Shown here: one piece after another, positions 1 through 13,619 of the stretch
Layout of the letters: every line of letters begins with the position of its first letter
How positions within the stretch are numbered: position 1 is the stretch's first letter
Assembly (NCBI RefSeq): GCF_000150275.1
Contig: NW_002060965.1
Coordinates: forward strand, 682,001-746,000
Length of the DNA stretch: 64,000 nt
DNA from: Trichoplax adhaerens
Lineage: Eukaryota > Animalia > Placozoa
Direction: 5' to 3'
Made by a program: the position numbers and the translations under genes
The notes under the pieces: model-generated
Database searches by the model: none
Told to the model about the DNA's origin: nothing
The model's input: the letters and a program-made list of their open reading frames with translations, nothing else

Positions 1-19
1 TTTTATTTGACCTTATTAG

Positions 20-3000
20 ATTCTTCGAATTGAGGCCTTGTGCAAAGATTTATACGAATCGACTGATGCCACGCAAAGAAGTCAAGCACAAGAAGCCTTG
101 GTAGCCATTTCCAATTCTGATAATTGCTTAACAGAATGCCAATTTCTGTTAGAACATAGTACAGTAAGTCATTCTATAAGGCATAAATTTATCATAATGG
201 ATTCATGATATGGATTGAATCGCCATCGATGGCCTATCAGTTTGGTTTTACTATTTTTATTAAAAAAAAAAACTATCAAGTTATTCTGCACAGTCTACTG
301 TACGTTGACTAGACCACTCGCACAGTCATCAAAACGTTCAGTTATAACTAGGACTGTAAATCCTATACACAGATAGCATTCCCTTTTTACGAGCGAGAAA
401 TAACACCTAGTTCAACATTGCAAAGACATGGTAAAGAAAATGATGGCGTCGAAATGATGCTATAGTGGAAAAGAAAACGCCATGAAGATAATAATGAACA
501 GGCGTCAAGTAGGGTCGATTCTTGCAGTAATACTGGTATCATGCTATATGATGACGACGTAATCGCGTTTGAATAGCCCTAGAATCGCTCTTTTCCTCCC
601 TCCATCGACGAGCAGATGTTTTCGATCTTACCATTAAAATCATCATTTTACTCCATTTGACCATGGAAAATAACAAAATGGATCATCCTTATCTATCGTA
701 GGATGATATTAATGATAATATCAACGCATTCCATGACCAAATCGAGCGTCCATTTTTACTTCATTTTATGATGGTTGTTATTTGCATGCTGCGACGAGAA
801 TCAATATTGATGACGCTGATGTAATCAACTGTTGTTTAGCGTCGACTGATTGGCATCAAATAATTAATCGATGGTGATGACTATTTTCAATTAATGGAGT
901 TTATTTTTTTCTCTCTCTCTTCATTAGTCTCCCTATGCACAAATGTTTGCCTCGCAATCATTAATCAAGCTAATCTCACGAACGACATCATCGTTACCCT
1001 TAAATCATCGATTAGAAATGCGTAAGGATAAACAACATAGATTCAATGGATATATCAACATTACAATTCCTTTCTTATCCTATCTGCAGATGCTTTAAAT
1101 ACGTGTTGTTATTATTTTTGACTATTCTAGGTAATTACTTACTGAACTATCTGGCTACACGACTCAAATTGACCAATTTTGTAGCCCAAGCTTTAATGAA
1201 GGTATGATATTAGAATCACCTCTCTTACAATGAACAATGTTTATCATCAACGATAAAAATGAAATAACCCTGATAATACTATTTTGAAGCAGTATGTAAT
1301 TTGTTTTTTTATCATCAACATCATCTAGTTATTAGCAAGAATTACCAAGTATAGTTGGTTTGAAATGCAAAAAGAACAATATGTCTTTCAAACTGTTGTA
1401 AATGATGTGATGAATAAATTCTTGCAAGGAAATTCTATCGATACGTGCGTTATTGGCATTCAGATTTTAACTAATTTAATTATAGAAATGAATCAGGTAA
1501 GAGTGGACTAGTTGCAACTTCACACGTTTATAATTATGTAGACCATAACGTCTACCATTGCCTTGAATTGGTTTTTTATAGGTTGCTGATCCATCCAGAT
1601 CGTTTGCCAAACAACGAAAGGTAACATACATAACCAAAAACAATTTAAGTATTTTTTATGTCAAACAAGCCCCATTTTAAATCAGTACAAAAATGCATAT
1701 TATCTTATCGAAAACATTTAGGTTGCAGCGTCCTTTCGTGATTCAGTACTATTAGATATGTTTAATGTCGCATGCTCATTCCTCAAACAGGTAACTTAAT
1801 AATATTATATGAATTGAAAATATTATTATCAATAATATAAAATACTCTTTATGGGTAAACAACCTTGCACTAAACTAATATTTTTTGCGTTCATAACTTT
1901 ATCATATCCAATTTTAGTTAACAAAGAAACCAGTAGATCAAAATAACCAAGAACAAGTAAGTCTTATCATTTTTCGAGATAATAGTAATCAATTATGCTT
2001 GAATATGGACTTGATGTAAATTTACTGTGGTCATCACTTTTTAAAATCTCTAGGTGACCTTAGTTAGCAGTCTATTACAGCTTACTGTGCAAGTATTATC
2101 CTTCGATTTTATCGGTTCATGTATAGATGAAGCATCCGATGACGTTAGCACCGTGCAAATACCAACATCATGGAGACAAGGTAAATTCTAAGATGAATTA
2201 TTAACGTCCGTCAATAATTTCTTAATGTTAACAATAAGCATGCATCTAAAGTGATTGTTGTTCTCCTTTCTTAAACATTCTAAATTGCATTACTGTGTGC
2301 TCGTAAGAAGTATCACCATATTTCTTATAGTTTACTAACATAAAATAATAAATCTTGCTTTTTTTATAGCTTTCCTAGATGGTAGTCTACTGGATCTATT
2401 CTTCAACTTGTATGGAGTATTCAATTCATCACTAACTGCGTTGGTAAGTCTTCTCAAATAAGTTATGTATGTGATTAAAATCTGGATAAAAATCTCCAAT
2501 AGTAGATGCTCTTGTAAATATTATTGTAGCAAAATTCTTGATTGAGCTAAAATTAGTAAGCTACATTGCTTAAAATTCAATATCACTAAGAGCGGTTGTT
2601 TACTAATAGTCACTATCATGCTTGGTCCATCTGGCTTCAGTGAGACGATCTTTATTTAATAACAATGAGCGACCTATTTACCTTAATTCACTTGTACAAG
2701 GAATTAGAAGCGTATTAGAAAAACCTCAGGTGAATATGAAGTCTATTTTGACAACATGGTACTACCAATTATAGCAAAATTGCCTAATGCCTAAGTTTTC
2801 ATTACTCTAAATCTCTTACTGATAGTATCTTTCGGATCCAAGTTGTTATCACGAATTTTGCCGCCTATTGGCTCGATTAAAATCGAATTATCAACTCGGC
2901 GAATTAGTTAAAGTTGACAATTATAGCCTAGTTATTGATCTAATAGCCAAGTTTACGGTCACAAGTGTACAGGTCAGATATTGCACTATTAAAGAGCAAT

Positions 3001-6000
3001 TATAAGATTGAAGTTTTTCCTTAGTAGCTTATCAGAATTTTTCATTCTGAGCCACTGATGTAACTACCCGTTTCTTATACTTACATGGACTTGACAACAT
3101 TATTAGGAGGTTTGGCAATGCGCACCAAATAGTGTCCACTATTTGTTAGGATTATGGCAACGTTTTGTTGCTTCCTTACCCTACGTCAAATCGTCATCCC
3201 CACATCATCTTAATGAATATAGCCCTCAGGTAAAAGATCCTGTTGTACTGTAATTCTCAATAGTAATTCGAATTTTACAACCTAATCTAGAGGGTATTTT
3301 ATTCCATGTAGATTACCAAAGCTTACGTTACATCACGGCTAGAGTCTGTACAACTCGTCATTAGGTAAATTACTGTTATTGCTCATTGGATACTATCTTT
3401 ACCAGTAAATGTAAAACTGTAATTGTATATTTTAACAGAGATGGCTTAGAGGATCCTATGGAAGATTATCACGTATTAGAGCAGCAACTTGAACAGGTAA
3501 ATTAATTTAAAGTTATTACAATAGTTATATACGAGTATGCAAATTATACTCTTATAATTGTCATTTGATATTATATAGCTTTCGACTATCGCTCGTTGTG
3601 ATTACGACCAAACCTGCTCGTTAGTCATGTCTCTATTCGACCAGGCGGCATCATCCTATCAGGAATGTTTACAACAGCAATCTCAAAGAAGTGATGCAAG
3701 TTTCGTAGTTTACGAAGGTAATTAAGTCCAGGAATCTATTATTTTTAAAAATTTTCAGTGACTGTAGAATGGCTTTTTTAGGACAACTTGCTTGGTTGGT
3801 ATGTATCATTGGGTCTGTAGTAGCTGGCAGAACACTTTTCTATATCGCGGAGGAAAGCGATATTCTTGATGGAGAATTGATTTGCCGGTAGTTTATTAGT
3901 TTCATTCATGACCTATTGTAGTATTACGTGAATTATATAACGTTATACCTTTTGTTTTGTTTAATAGTGTGTTACAGCTAATGAAGTTGCTAGAGGAAAG
4001 AAATCCTCAAGTAAGATAAATTGTTTTTATGTAGGGCTATATCAACATCTTGTTCTTGATTTATTACATTACCTTACTAGGTTTTAAGCGAAAAATTAGA
4101 TCTCGCCATCTTGAGCTTCTTTGAACAATTTAGAAAGATTTACATTGGCGACCAAATGCAAAAAACCGCAAAGGTCTCTAAGACTCTTCGTATTGTACTA
4201 AAATTATTACTTAATTTTTTAGCATGATAGTCCGCTTAATTCACTTTGTATATCCAATATATGCTAAAAAAAGAATTACTTATGTCAAATTTATGCAGGT
4301 TTATAGCTGTATTGGCGAACGTCTGGGTCTTAAAGATGAATCAATGGTGTTAAGCATATTTATAAATAAAATGTAAGTATCCTTGCTTTTTTATAATCGT
4401 TATCTGATTTAGTATTGCTATTGAAGAAACGAGCAAGATCTATATATGATAAAAATCTTTTTCTTTTTAGCTTATCGAACCTAAAATATAAAAGTGAAAA
4501 TGAATTGATTATGTTGCATACGCTGCAGCTGTTAAGTGATCTCTCGATGGGATATCCTGCAATACATACTTGATTTTTCTCAGATATGTCAATAATCCAA
4601 CACTTGCTACTATTTTGCTTAACTGTTCTTAACTACAGCAGTGTTAGAAAAATTGTCAAATTAGAGTCAATTCAATTTGTTCTAAAGAATCATACAGTAA
4701 GTTATTAATACAATTTTGGAGATGGCAAGATAAATCATATCTAGCTCATATTCAAGCACATCACGAAACCAATTGTTGTATTTATAATCCCATCAGGAAC
4801 AACATTTTCCGTTTCTTGGAATTCAGCCAAATATTACACTTAAAAATATGAGACATAGAACCTTATTTTACACTGCTATTGGTCGTTTCTTGATGGTAGA
4901 TCTAGGAGAGGACGATGAATCGTTTGTACAATTCTTCATGCCTCTTACATGTAAGTACTGTTAATTGCTAAGGTAATTGTGATGAATTTCTTCAATTTTC
5001 TTCGACAGCATAACATCTACAAATTGAATGTCCTCTTCTTAGTAAAATTTGAACAATTCAAGAATCAAATAGCATCAACATCAGTTAATGAAGAGCAAGT
5101 CAAGGTTTTATAACTCTTATTAAATGCTATGTTGAATGCATATCACGTACTAAATGAATATATGCTCTTAATAGAGAACCATAATCGGTCTATGCCGTGA
5201 CATAAGAGGCCTTGGTACAGCTTTTGTCAACAGATCATGTTACATGATGCTGTTCGATTGGTTGTATCTTTTCCATGTCCCTCAGACTACCAAATCAATA
5301 ATAACCCAATTGTCATGCAATCTAATTACAGCGCATATTCGATATGTTCCTTAACTTGTTTAACAGATATCCCGCATATATGCCTGCTTTAATTCGAGCA
5401 GTGGAGTTATGGTATCATGATCCTAGTCTTACAACCCCGGTATTAAAGTTAGTGACTGAAATAGTCCAAAATCGATCTCAAAGATTACAATTTGAAGTAT
5501 CTTCTCCAAATGGTGTCCTATTATTCCGGGAAGTTAGCAAAATAATTTGTACTTATGGTAAGTTTGCTACTTTGCTAATACTCTTAATTCTTTCAACCAT
5601 TTTAATTCTATTGTTTGACGTTAGGTTCCAGAGTATTGTTACTTAATGATATACCGGAAAGACAAATATACGCAATGAAATATCCTTCCTTTCACAATAA
5701 TAAAATCATCATTTTACACTAAAACATTTTCATTAGATGAAGTTATGTATTATGATCATTGCATTGAAATATTGTATAACAAGTTACAAATAAATTATAT
5801 GTTCCTTGACGATGTATAAGCTTAAAGGCATTTCTATTTGCTTCAGCATGTTAAAAGCAGCTTTGAGCGGGAACTATGTTAATTTTGGTATATTTAGACT
5901 TTATGGCGATGATGCATTTGACAATGTATTAGGAATGTTCCTTAGGATGTTATTATCTATACCTTCTCAGGACTTACTGGTATGATATGAAATAGCCAAT

Positions 6001-7279
6001 GATTTATGCATTACTGTATATTGAGAATTATGATTCTGATGCTGTTGCAAACTCACATTAAGGACTATCCTAAATTGGGGAAAGCCTATTATTCACTTAT
6101 TGAAGCACTAGCACAAGATCATGCGTCTTATATCAATAATCTGGAGCCCAATGTAAGTCATAGTCTCAAATTTGAAATTGATAATTGTATAAATAATTAT
6201 TTATTGTCAAAAATCCCATCCCAAAAATGCGATATTACTATTGTATTGTCATAGTGTTAAGTGATTGTCCTAATTGTCCATAATTAAAATTTTAATTCTC
6301 CATAGGTCTTACTCGTAATTTTATCTACCCTTTCGCAAGGATTTGTTGCACTTGGTACGCAATTACTATAACCAGTTTTTACGTAACATATCAGTCTTTG
6401 AATCATTTTTGCTAAGCTAACAGATCTTTTCGTTTATATAGATGTCAACATTTGTACCTTCTGCTGCTCTGCATTAGACCACTTATTAACTAATTTGTTT
6501 AAAGAAATCTCTAAAACTAAAAAATCAAATAATACATCTCAGGAGCAAAGTTCTTTACTTCGTGTATTAGAGCATAAATCAGAAGTACTTCAGCAGGTAT
6601 ACTATTTAGCAAAGTATTCAATTCGATTATGACTTACCCCAACTGATACAGAAAATTTATGTTAATATCCCTTTAGGTATTAGACACTATCTTAAATATA
6701 ATTATGTTTGAAGATTGTAAAAATCAGGTAGGATTGCAATCAATATTCGTATAATTAATTAAAAAAGATCTTATTTTTTGTCTCGACTACCGGTAATAAA
6801 CTACGCATGATGTTAATGGCTAACACTTTTCTTTTAATAGTGGACTATGTCGAGACCTCTGTTAGGATTAATTTTGTTGAATGAAAAGGTAACGATGAGA
6901 AAAATAATTAGCTGATTCAATTGTCAAGATATTTTAATTCGTCATCACTTTATCTTGTAGTACTTTTCCGAACTTACTGCCAACATCATTTCAAGTCAAC
7001 ATGTTAATAAGCAGGAAAAAATGTCTTCATGTTTTTCGAGTCTTATGGATGGAGTGGAATTTTCTTTATTTACAAAAAATAGAGAAAGGTAACTGTGCCA
7101 TTGATTTATCTTGTATTAATAACAATCAAACTAGAATAGTCTGGATTTAATTTCTAACTTCATGTGATAGATTTGCACAGAATTTATCCGCATTTCGTCG
7201 AGATGTCCATACATTACTTGGTGCGTCTATTTCGCTTCAGCCTGATAATTCTACCACTGCTAATATGATGACTTCTTAA
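20..7279 (+). CDS. XPO7: Exportin-7 / RanBP16-17 family importin-beta-like transport receptor, multi-exon; start codon lies upstream of the window
   Basis: Spliced exons give [16 protein letters not shown]..., [124 protein letters not shown], all matching XPO7. First visible exon 20-163 (AG...GT); stop TAA 7277-7279. Confidence 0.96.
4552..4632 (+). other. U12-type (minor) intron with AT-AA termini in XPO7
   Basis: 5' ATATCCTG; branch TTTTGCTTAAC (4613-4623). Ending at AA 4632 restores [14 protein letters not shown], matching conserved GYSSVRK. Confidence 0.8.
5264..5366 (+). other. U12-type GT-AG intron in XPO7
   Basis: 5' GTATCTTTT; branch TTCCTTAAC (5347-5355) with A 12 nt before the 3' end; joins FDWL-YPAYMP in frame. 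Confidence 0.9.
5680..5819 (+). other. U12-type intron with AT-AA termini in XPO7
   Basis: 5' ATATCCTT; branch TTCCTTGAC (5802-5810). Ending at AA 5819 restores [13 protein letters not shown]. Confidence 0.85.
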
Positions 7280-9263
7280 TGTGGAAGATATTAGTGTCGA
7301 CATTCTCAACGAATAACTTTAAGAGATTACTACTATCGGCAGTTTAGTAGTATTGCTTGATGTTTATGATTATTGAAACTATAAAAAGTTTTATTGATGA
7401 CTATGTATTAAATTTTTTGTATAAGATGAGGAACTCTCATTGATGCTCTAATTCTAAATTCATGAATTACTTTTGTTGAAAATGCACCTCAAAGCTGGAA
7501 TAGGTAACACTTTACATGCAAGTTGTTCGTTCTAAGTTTTCTGTTAGATAGGAATAGGTATTACCGTATTTCACATCAAAACATGGTAAATATTGAGTTG
7601 AACAGTTGCATAATGCGTACCTTATATTAATATTTGTTGAAGCATTTTTGATGCTATTTTCATATCTGTTTGCATATGTATGTTTCCTACCGATTAACCC
7701 GATGATGATATTACGAGTAAACAACCAGTTTGATAATTTATAGTTGATAAAATTTTGTACGACATTAGTCCGATTAAAAAATTTTGATAAATTCCTATTC
7801 CAGCTTCGATACTCTTTATCATTACCTGCTTTATGTACAAATAGTACTACATTCTATTCTGCCGTATTATCTCATTGTATATAACCTTTGATGTTTATCG
7901 AAATGTTACTTAGAGAATTTAATCCTGGTATTAAAGTATTTGGTGAGCTAACGTAGTCTACTCCTTTGATGCATGATGACTTTTCAGTTGTTGAAATTAC
8001 ATTTTATGAGCCTAAAATTAAAGTTACTCGTACGTATTTTAAAACATTCAGACTGTACTATTTACGTTCATGTTTTGGTGTAATACGAACTATTTTGCCT
8101 ACCATCGTAATTGATTATCTGAAACATTAATAATAATTATAATAACAATAACAATACCAGACAAGTTAAATGCAATATTGATGGATGTAAGATAGAATGT
8201 GTGCGGCTTGTTGTGAGTACATTGCATGTAATTTACAAAATTTTTATTGTTAATATCAAAATAAAGTATTAGATGATCGGTATTTTCAAGGATTGTTATT
8301 AGTAGGAAAGGCGACAGATTCGGGCTGGTTAGTAATGGCCAGCAGGAATTTAATAATTATTTTGCAATGCTGTGTAATACTCTACTCTACTGAGAGTTTA
8401 TCAATGCTCTAAAGTTATTTTCATTGGATACTTTTAGTGAGAGATGAGTATTTTTTCGAGTATTCTTATTGTACAACTAGTTTTAGTTTTCGTCTCTCGA
8501 GTCAATTGCAGTCACTTCACGACTACATCATTGGTTTTGGGATTTGACTAACCCTATAAGTATCATATATATTTTACAGTCCATTCTATATGGCGTTAAC
8601 TTATAGCAAGTAGAAAAGGTCGCAAAGACTGTATTTACCTTATTTTACTAGTTCAATATTATATCACTGTCCATTATTAGTATGCACGTCATAGTGTAAT
8701 GTACAGTGAGTGCTACTCATTTCGAGTGGGATTATACAGCGAAAAATATTGGTCTCTTACGGTAATCAAGCAATAAGAAGTAACAAAATAGAGCTTTGGT
8801 AGAAGAGGAATGTATCCAAAGAATACAATAAGATAGCAAGCGAGAGAAGAATCTGCTGAGCCATGGACAAAAATCCGGGGTTGGACTTGTAGTAGTCCAT
8901 GTTCAATAATTCGTCATTTGTTATAGAGACGGGTGGACGGACAACCCGTGATATATCATGAAGTGGCCGTTGCTATATTGCTAAAGCGTCTAAGGGGTCA
9001 TACTAGATATTAGCAGGTGTTTAAGTGCCGTAATAGGCTAATATTGGTAGAACATAAGAACATCTATAGTATACTATAGTTTAGTAAATTACCTGCGCAG
9101 AGCAGAATATCATTGTCGCGGCCAAATCAAGGGAATCGCTTAGCGACTGCTAGCTGTTCATCATTTATCACGACAATTAGCACTTTCAGCAGTAGCTTTC
9201 AATCTAAGAAGTGTTTACAAGGTGAAGGAAATCTAATTAGGAACAATCTCAAGAAAAAGAATC

Positions 9264-10601
9264 ATGTCCGAAAATTTAATAGACCAATTGGAGGACAATC
9301 TTAAAGTAGAATTGCTATTCTTTTGTCTTCCTGCTACTTTTCATCTACTGATTTTTAATTAAAATTTTTGTTCTCTTTTTCTCAAGGATTGTGTAAACTG
9401 CATAGGTAAAAAATTAGGCGAAGAAGGTAAGCTACAGAATCTTATTGATAATCTTGCATGTGAACAGCAAGCATATTGCGGTTGTATGTACATTATATTG
9501 TACGATTATAATAGCTGGAGAGATAAATATGCAGCCTAAGCCACGGAAACCTACTGTGCACTGTTGTAGTTGATTTTATAATTTCATGTGACGATTCCTT
9601 TGCTGTAATAGAATTCCATTCAACAAGTAATAATCTTATATACAACTTGCTAACTGCCCTAAAGAATGAATACTTATCCAGAATAGTAAAATCATTCATA
9701 CTAATTAACGATAGATGTAGACGGAGAGGCTAAAAGCATACATATGACTATTTTAATCTTAAATGGATTACGGACATCTTTAGCTTAGAATGCAGTCTTA
9801 CTATTGACTTTGATCGACATCCATTTCCTACTTGTAGTCATGCAGCGCTACTATTTAAAACTTAAATGTTCAACATTTGTCAAATATTATTCTGTACTTA
9901 CTGTAGTCAATACAGTATTAGCAAAAAAACGGATATGTATCTAGTATCTACAGTACTGTACTTGTCATGTAGGATGCGATTTATTTCGTCGATACAATAC
10001 GGTATACTCTTATGCTTTTTTAAAAATAGCTTAGGCACAAACCACCTTCTTAATCTTTAGTCTTAGTATACAGCTAAAGAGGTATCCGTATTGATCTGTA
10101 ACTATGGATTGCATAGAACTAGTATGTAAATCCTATTTCATTGCACTAATCGCACATCTAGCCACGAACTGCTACTGCACATCCTTCAGTTTTTGTGTAA
10201 ACAACCAACGCCGTTGATGCAGAACGACCGTCATGCTAATATTGAATCTTTCTTAAACTTTAGATCTTAAAGTAGTGACCGATAAGTTCATAGAATGCTC
10301 ACAACGAGTAGAAGACTACTTTCTTAAATATGGCATAACGCAGAATAAAGTCAAAAACATTACTTATGGCGTAAGTATCCTCAATGGCTTATCCCTATCA
10401 ACTAACTATAGCACCTAGTTCGATCCTGCATTGATGGAACTAATTGATTATCTGTCTTTGCATTTTTAGGATGTAGCACAACTTAAAGATGAACTTGAGA
10501 GAAAGGAGTTACTACTGAAACGTAATTTAGATAAATTAACTGAATATCAGTCTACATTAGATCAGTTGCATCAACAAGATCTAACTAAATGGAAAGAATA
10601 G
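9264..10601 (+). CDS. MED28: Mediator complex subunit 28 (exons ~9264-9305, 9387-9426, 10265-10370, 10470-10601)
   Basis: MSENLIDQLEDNLK/DCVNCI...DKFIECSQRVEDYFLK.../DVAQLKDELERKELLLKRNLDKL resembles the MED28 core (LVDELESSFEACFASL...KFLDIARQTECFFLQ...DVSELRNELQRKDALV). Canonical GT-AG introns. Confidence 0.85.
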
Positions 10602-11273
10602 CCATAAAATACTGTTTCTTTATTTGAAATATCTTTTACAAATACATCTGTACGTAAATATATATATATAGTACAAATGTTCTTTAATATTTCTTGACTT
10701 GAAACTACGATGTTTCAATCGATTTTGTATTGATAACGCGTTGCATTTTTCTATTAATAATTATAATTAATATCATAGTATGATATTCTACATAAGGATT
10801 AATACATTAGAATCTAACATAAATCAGGTATTGATGATAGATTTATAGTACAAACGTAATTTTTTTCGGTACATGAGTTAAATAGCATGATTGCGAGCGT
10901 AAAAGTGTAACAAGAAAGGATTGTATATGACCGTACCAGAGTAAACATGTTCCTATAACTAATGTACAAAAAAGTTGTCAAGTCTAAAATTATACCATTA
11001 CAATGATATCGTAACATTTAATATAATTAATTTTTAAAAAGTTATCTGCACATAAATTTAGCATTATGCAAGCAATTCCCAAATTTTCGTCCAAAACAAG
11101 GTTTACTTATCTTACTACGATTTTTCCTATTGTACAGCTGTACATTGTATTTGCTGTGACACAGCCCATGTTTTCAATGATTAATCAATCAATAAATCAG
11201 CATTAGTTTGCTACGGTAAATGTTTGTTTGTATAGTACAACTTACCACTGTTTGCTAGAAAACTATGAATATT

Positions 11274-13619
11274 TCAATATTTCAGGTAATCTTGTAACTT
11301 AGAGCTAAATTCTTCGTCAAATTGTGGCATATATTCAGAGATAGTATTAATGTCCTGCCGCTTTAATCTTCCTTCATCAGCTGTTGCAGTAACAAGTTGT
11401 CTCTGTCTAGATTGGCTTCGGGTGACAATACCATACTACAAAAAATAGAAACTATTACGGTATATATCTGCTACTATAGCTAAAATACAGCACTGTAAGT
11501 CATACTCTATACAGTACCTTAATCATTTAACATTTAACTATGGTGAATCAATATCTACCTGGCTTCCTACGCTCGTATTCGAAGAAACATCAGATTGTAG
11601 ATTGTAGCTTAAGTCTAACTGACTTCGACTAGTTGAAATATCTTGCGAGGATATTTCTAGACTGGCATCGGAATCATCGTATCCTCTATTATCAACATTT
11701 CTAAATGCATCTTGTAACAGTGCTCTCTGCTCTCCATCTAATTGCGATAATTGGCCATTATCTGATTCTAATCGTTTACTAGCATCATACCCCTGAGTTT
11801 GGTAAACTTCACGGACAACATGATCAACATTATCCTGAGTTTGGTAAACTTCACGGACAACATGATCAACATTATCTCGAGTAACTATTTCTTGTTTGAT
11901 CTCTGGCTGACCTAGTGTATTGTATAAAATTATTTCGCTGAATATATTATGCTATCATACATGAATGCATAAACCATTGCTCATATTTTATACTATTAAT
12001 GATAGGAATAACAACTTTAATATATGTTTGTTAATACCTTGTTTATCTTGATTTGAGGACGTTACATTGGCCGATGCATTATTATCAACATTTGTACTTG
12101 GTGGTGGCAACTGCTGAACGTTGCGCGCTGCAACAATATTTTGTCCATTCTAAGCGTTACAAAGCGTTGCATACGAAAAAAGGAAAAAGATATCCTTAAT
12201 ACATTACAGTACAAGCATCGCAGTCCATACGTATTCATTGAAAAAGTTGTTTTGATAAAAATGTGCCAGTAGCTTACATTGAGAATACTTTGAACAAGTG
12301 TTCTAGCAGCCATAGTCACACCGTTTCTACTAACATCAAGTATTGAACTATATATCTTGTCTTTGTATTGTTTGATGAGTTCATCTATCTCCTGAAAATT
12401 GAAATTCAATAAGGTTATCAACGTAAGCGGGCCATCTACTCATAAACTGTTTATTGCCACACAAAATCTATCAAAATAAATGTAGTGCAATTCACTTGCA
12501 TGTAGTCTGCTTATATAAGCTACGATTGAATTTAAGTTTTATCTTAACAGGTAACGTGTTTATGAAGTGGCAATTACTCTATTTCGTAGTACTGGCTGCT
12601 ATTACCATTATACTGTTGGACGTAGAACATCATGAAATGTTCATTATTGTCTTACAGCTAAGTACAGTATTTATGATCTCATAAAGAGTCCTATTTAAGG
12701 ATTATGAGGCGAACAAACCTCTTCATGGGCCATCAAATTAGGGTGAATGAACTTCCTATATAATATGCTCGTACCCTATACAATAGAAGAAATAAATTAT
12801 ATTGAATGGAAGATGTACGCCCAACTGTATTCTTGATTACGATTCCAAGTTGAGCCTATCGTAAGAATACCAGTCGTCATGGAACGCTTACATTTGTTGC
12901 CGGTAATAGCAGCCATAAGAAAAAGAGAATTTTGGCTTCTTGGTATAACGGAAACCACCTGAATTCAAGAATGGACAAGAATATAAAAATTTCTTTAATA
13001 GACTATCAACAGTAAATAGTAACAGCTATAAGCCTACAACCAAATTACCAGCCAATTAAAAGATCAGCTATCGTTTCAGCCACAGTGTAAAATGCGAAAC
13101 TAATCCAGTACATCATCCATTTTACCTATGTATAACATGACAAGACTAACGTTAATACAGTACGCTGATCATTGTACTATCAATTAGCTTGACTTACATA
13201 TTCACGTGGATTACGTGTCTTGACAGCTTTAAACGAGCGGTAAGCTGGATAGAGAACACCAGCTATAAGACTGATGAAAATTGTCGAGAAAAAGAAATTG
13301 AGAAAATTGCCTTTCCAACTAACTTCATTTTTGTTTACGTCTTCAAGGCCAAATCAAGAGTTTAGACAATAGGTCGACAGTACTGTTTTCGACACTAAAG
13401 AAGCATTTCCTAGTCACTGACTATAGAGCGTTGGAAAGTACTGTGACAGCTTATAGTATATCTGTCTACTAGCGCATGACATCATATTTGACGACGACAA
13501 CCGTTCAAGAAAAAAATGACTCTCAAAGGACATTTATAAAATATAATATCAACAACGAACTAGTTGACTAATCCTAGTCCAACTTACATGATAAGCTTGG
13601 ATAAAAATTGTGTAATCAT
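11274..13619 (-). CDS. REEP: Receptor expression-enhancing protein, REEP1-4 subfamily (TB2/DP1/HVA22 ER-shaping protein), multi-exon
   Basis: MITQFLSKLII/LIAGVLYPAYRSFKAVKTRNPREY/VKWMMYWISFAFYTVAETIADL, then GTSILYRKFIHP, matching the REEP1-4 N-terminus. Stop TGA at 11274-11276. Confidence 0.92.
11793..11876 (-). repeat. Perfect 2 x 42 bp in-frame tandem duplication inside a REEP exon
   Basis: CTGAGTTTGGTAAACTTCACGGACAACATGATCAACATTATC twice; encodes DNVDHVVREVYQTQ x2. Confidence 0.95.

Noticed and set aside
4373-4470. GTATCCTT 4 nt inside an XPO7 intron (GTAAGTATCCTT), possible twintron
   Set aside because: The upstream GTAAGT U2 donor restores the frame, no U12 branch point lies near the AG, and a similar GTAAGTATCC occurs in MED28 (10371), so it is probably an extension of the U2 consensus.
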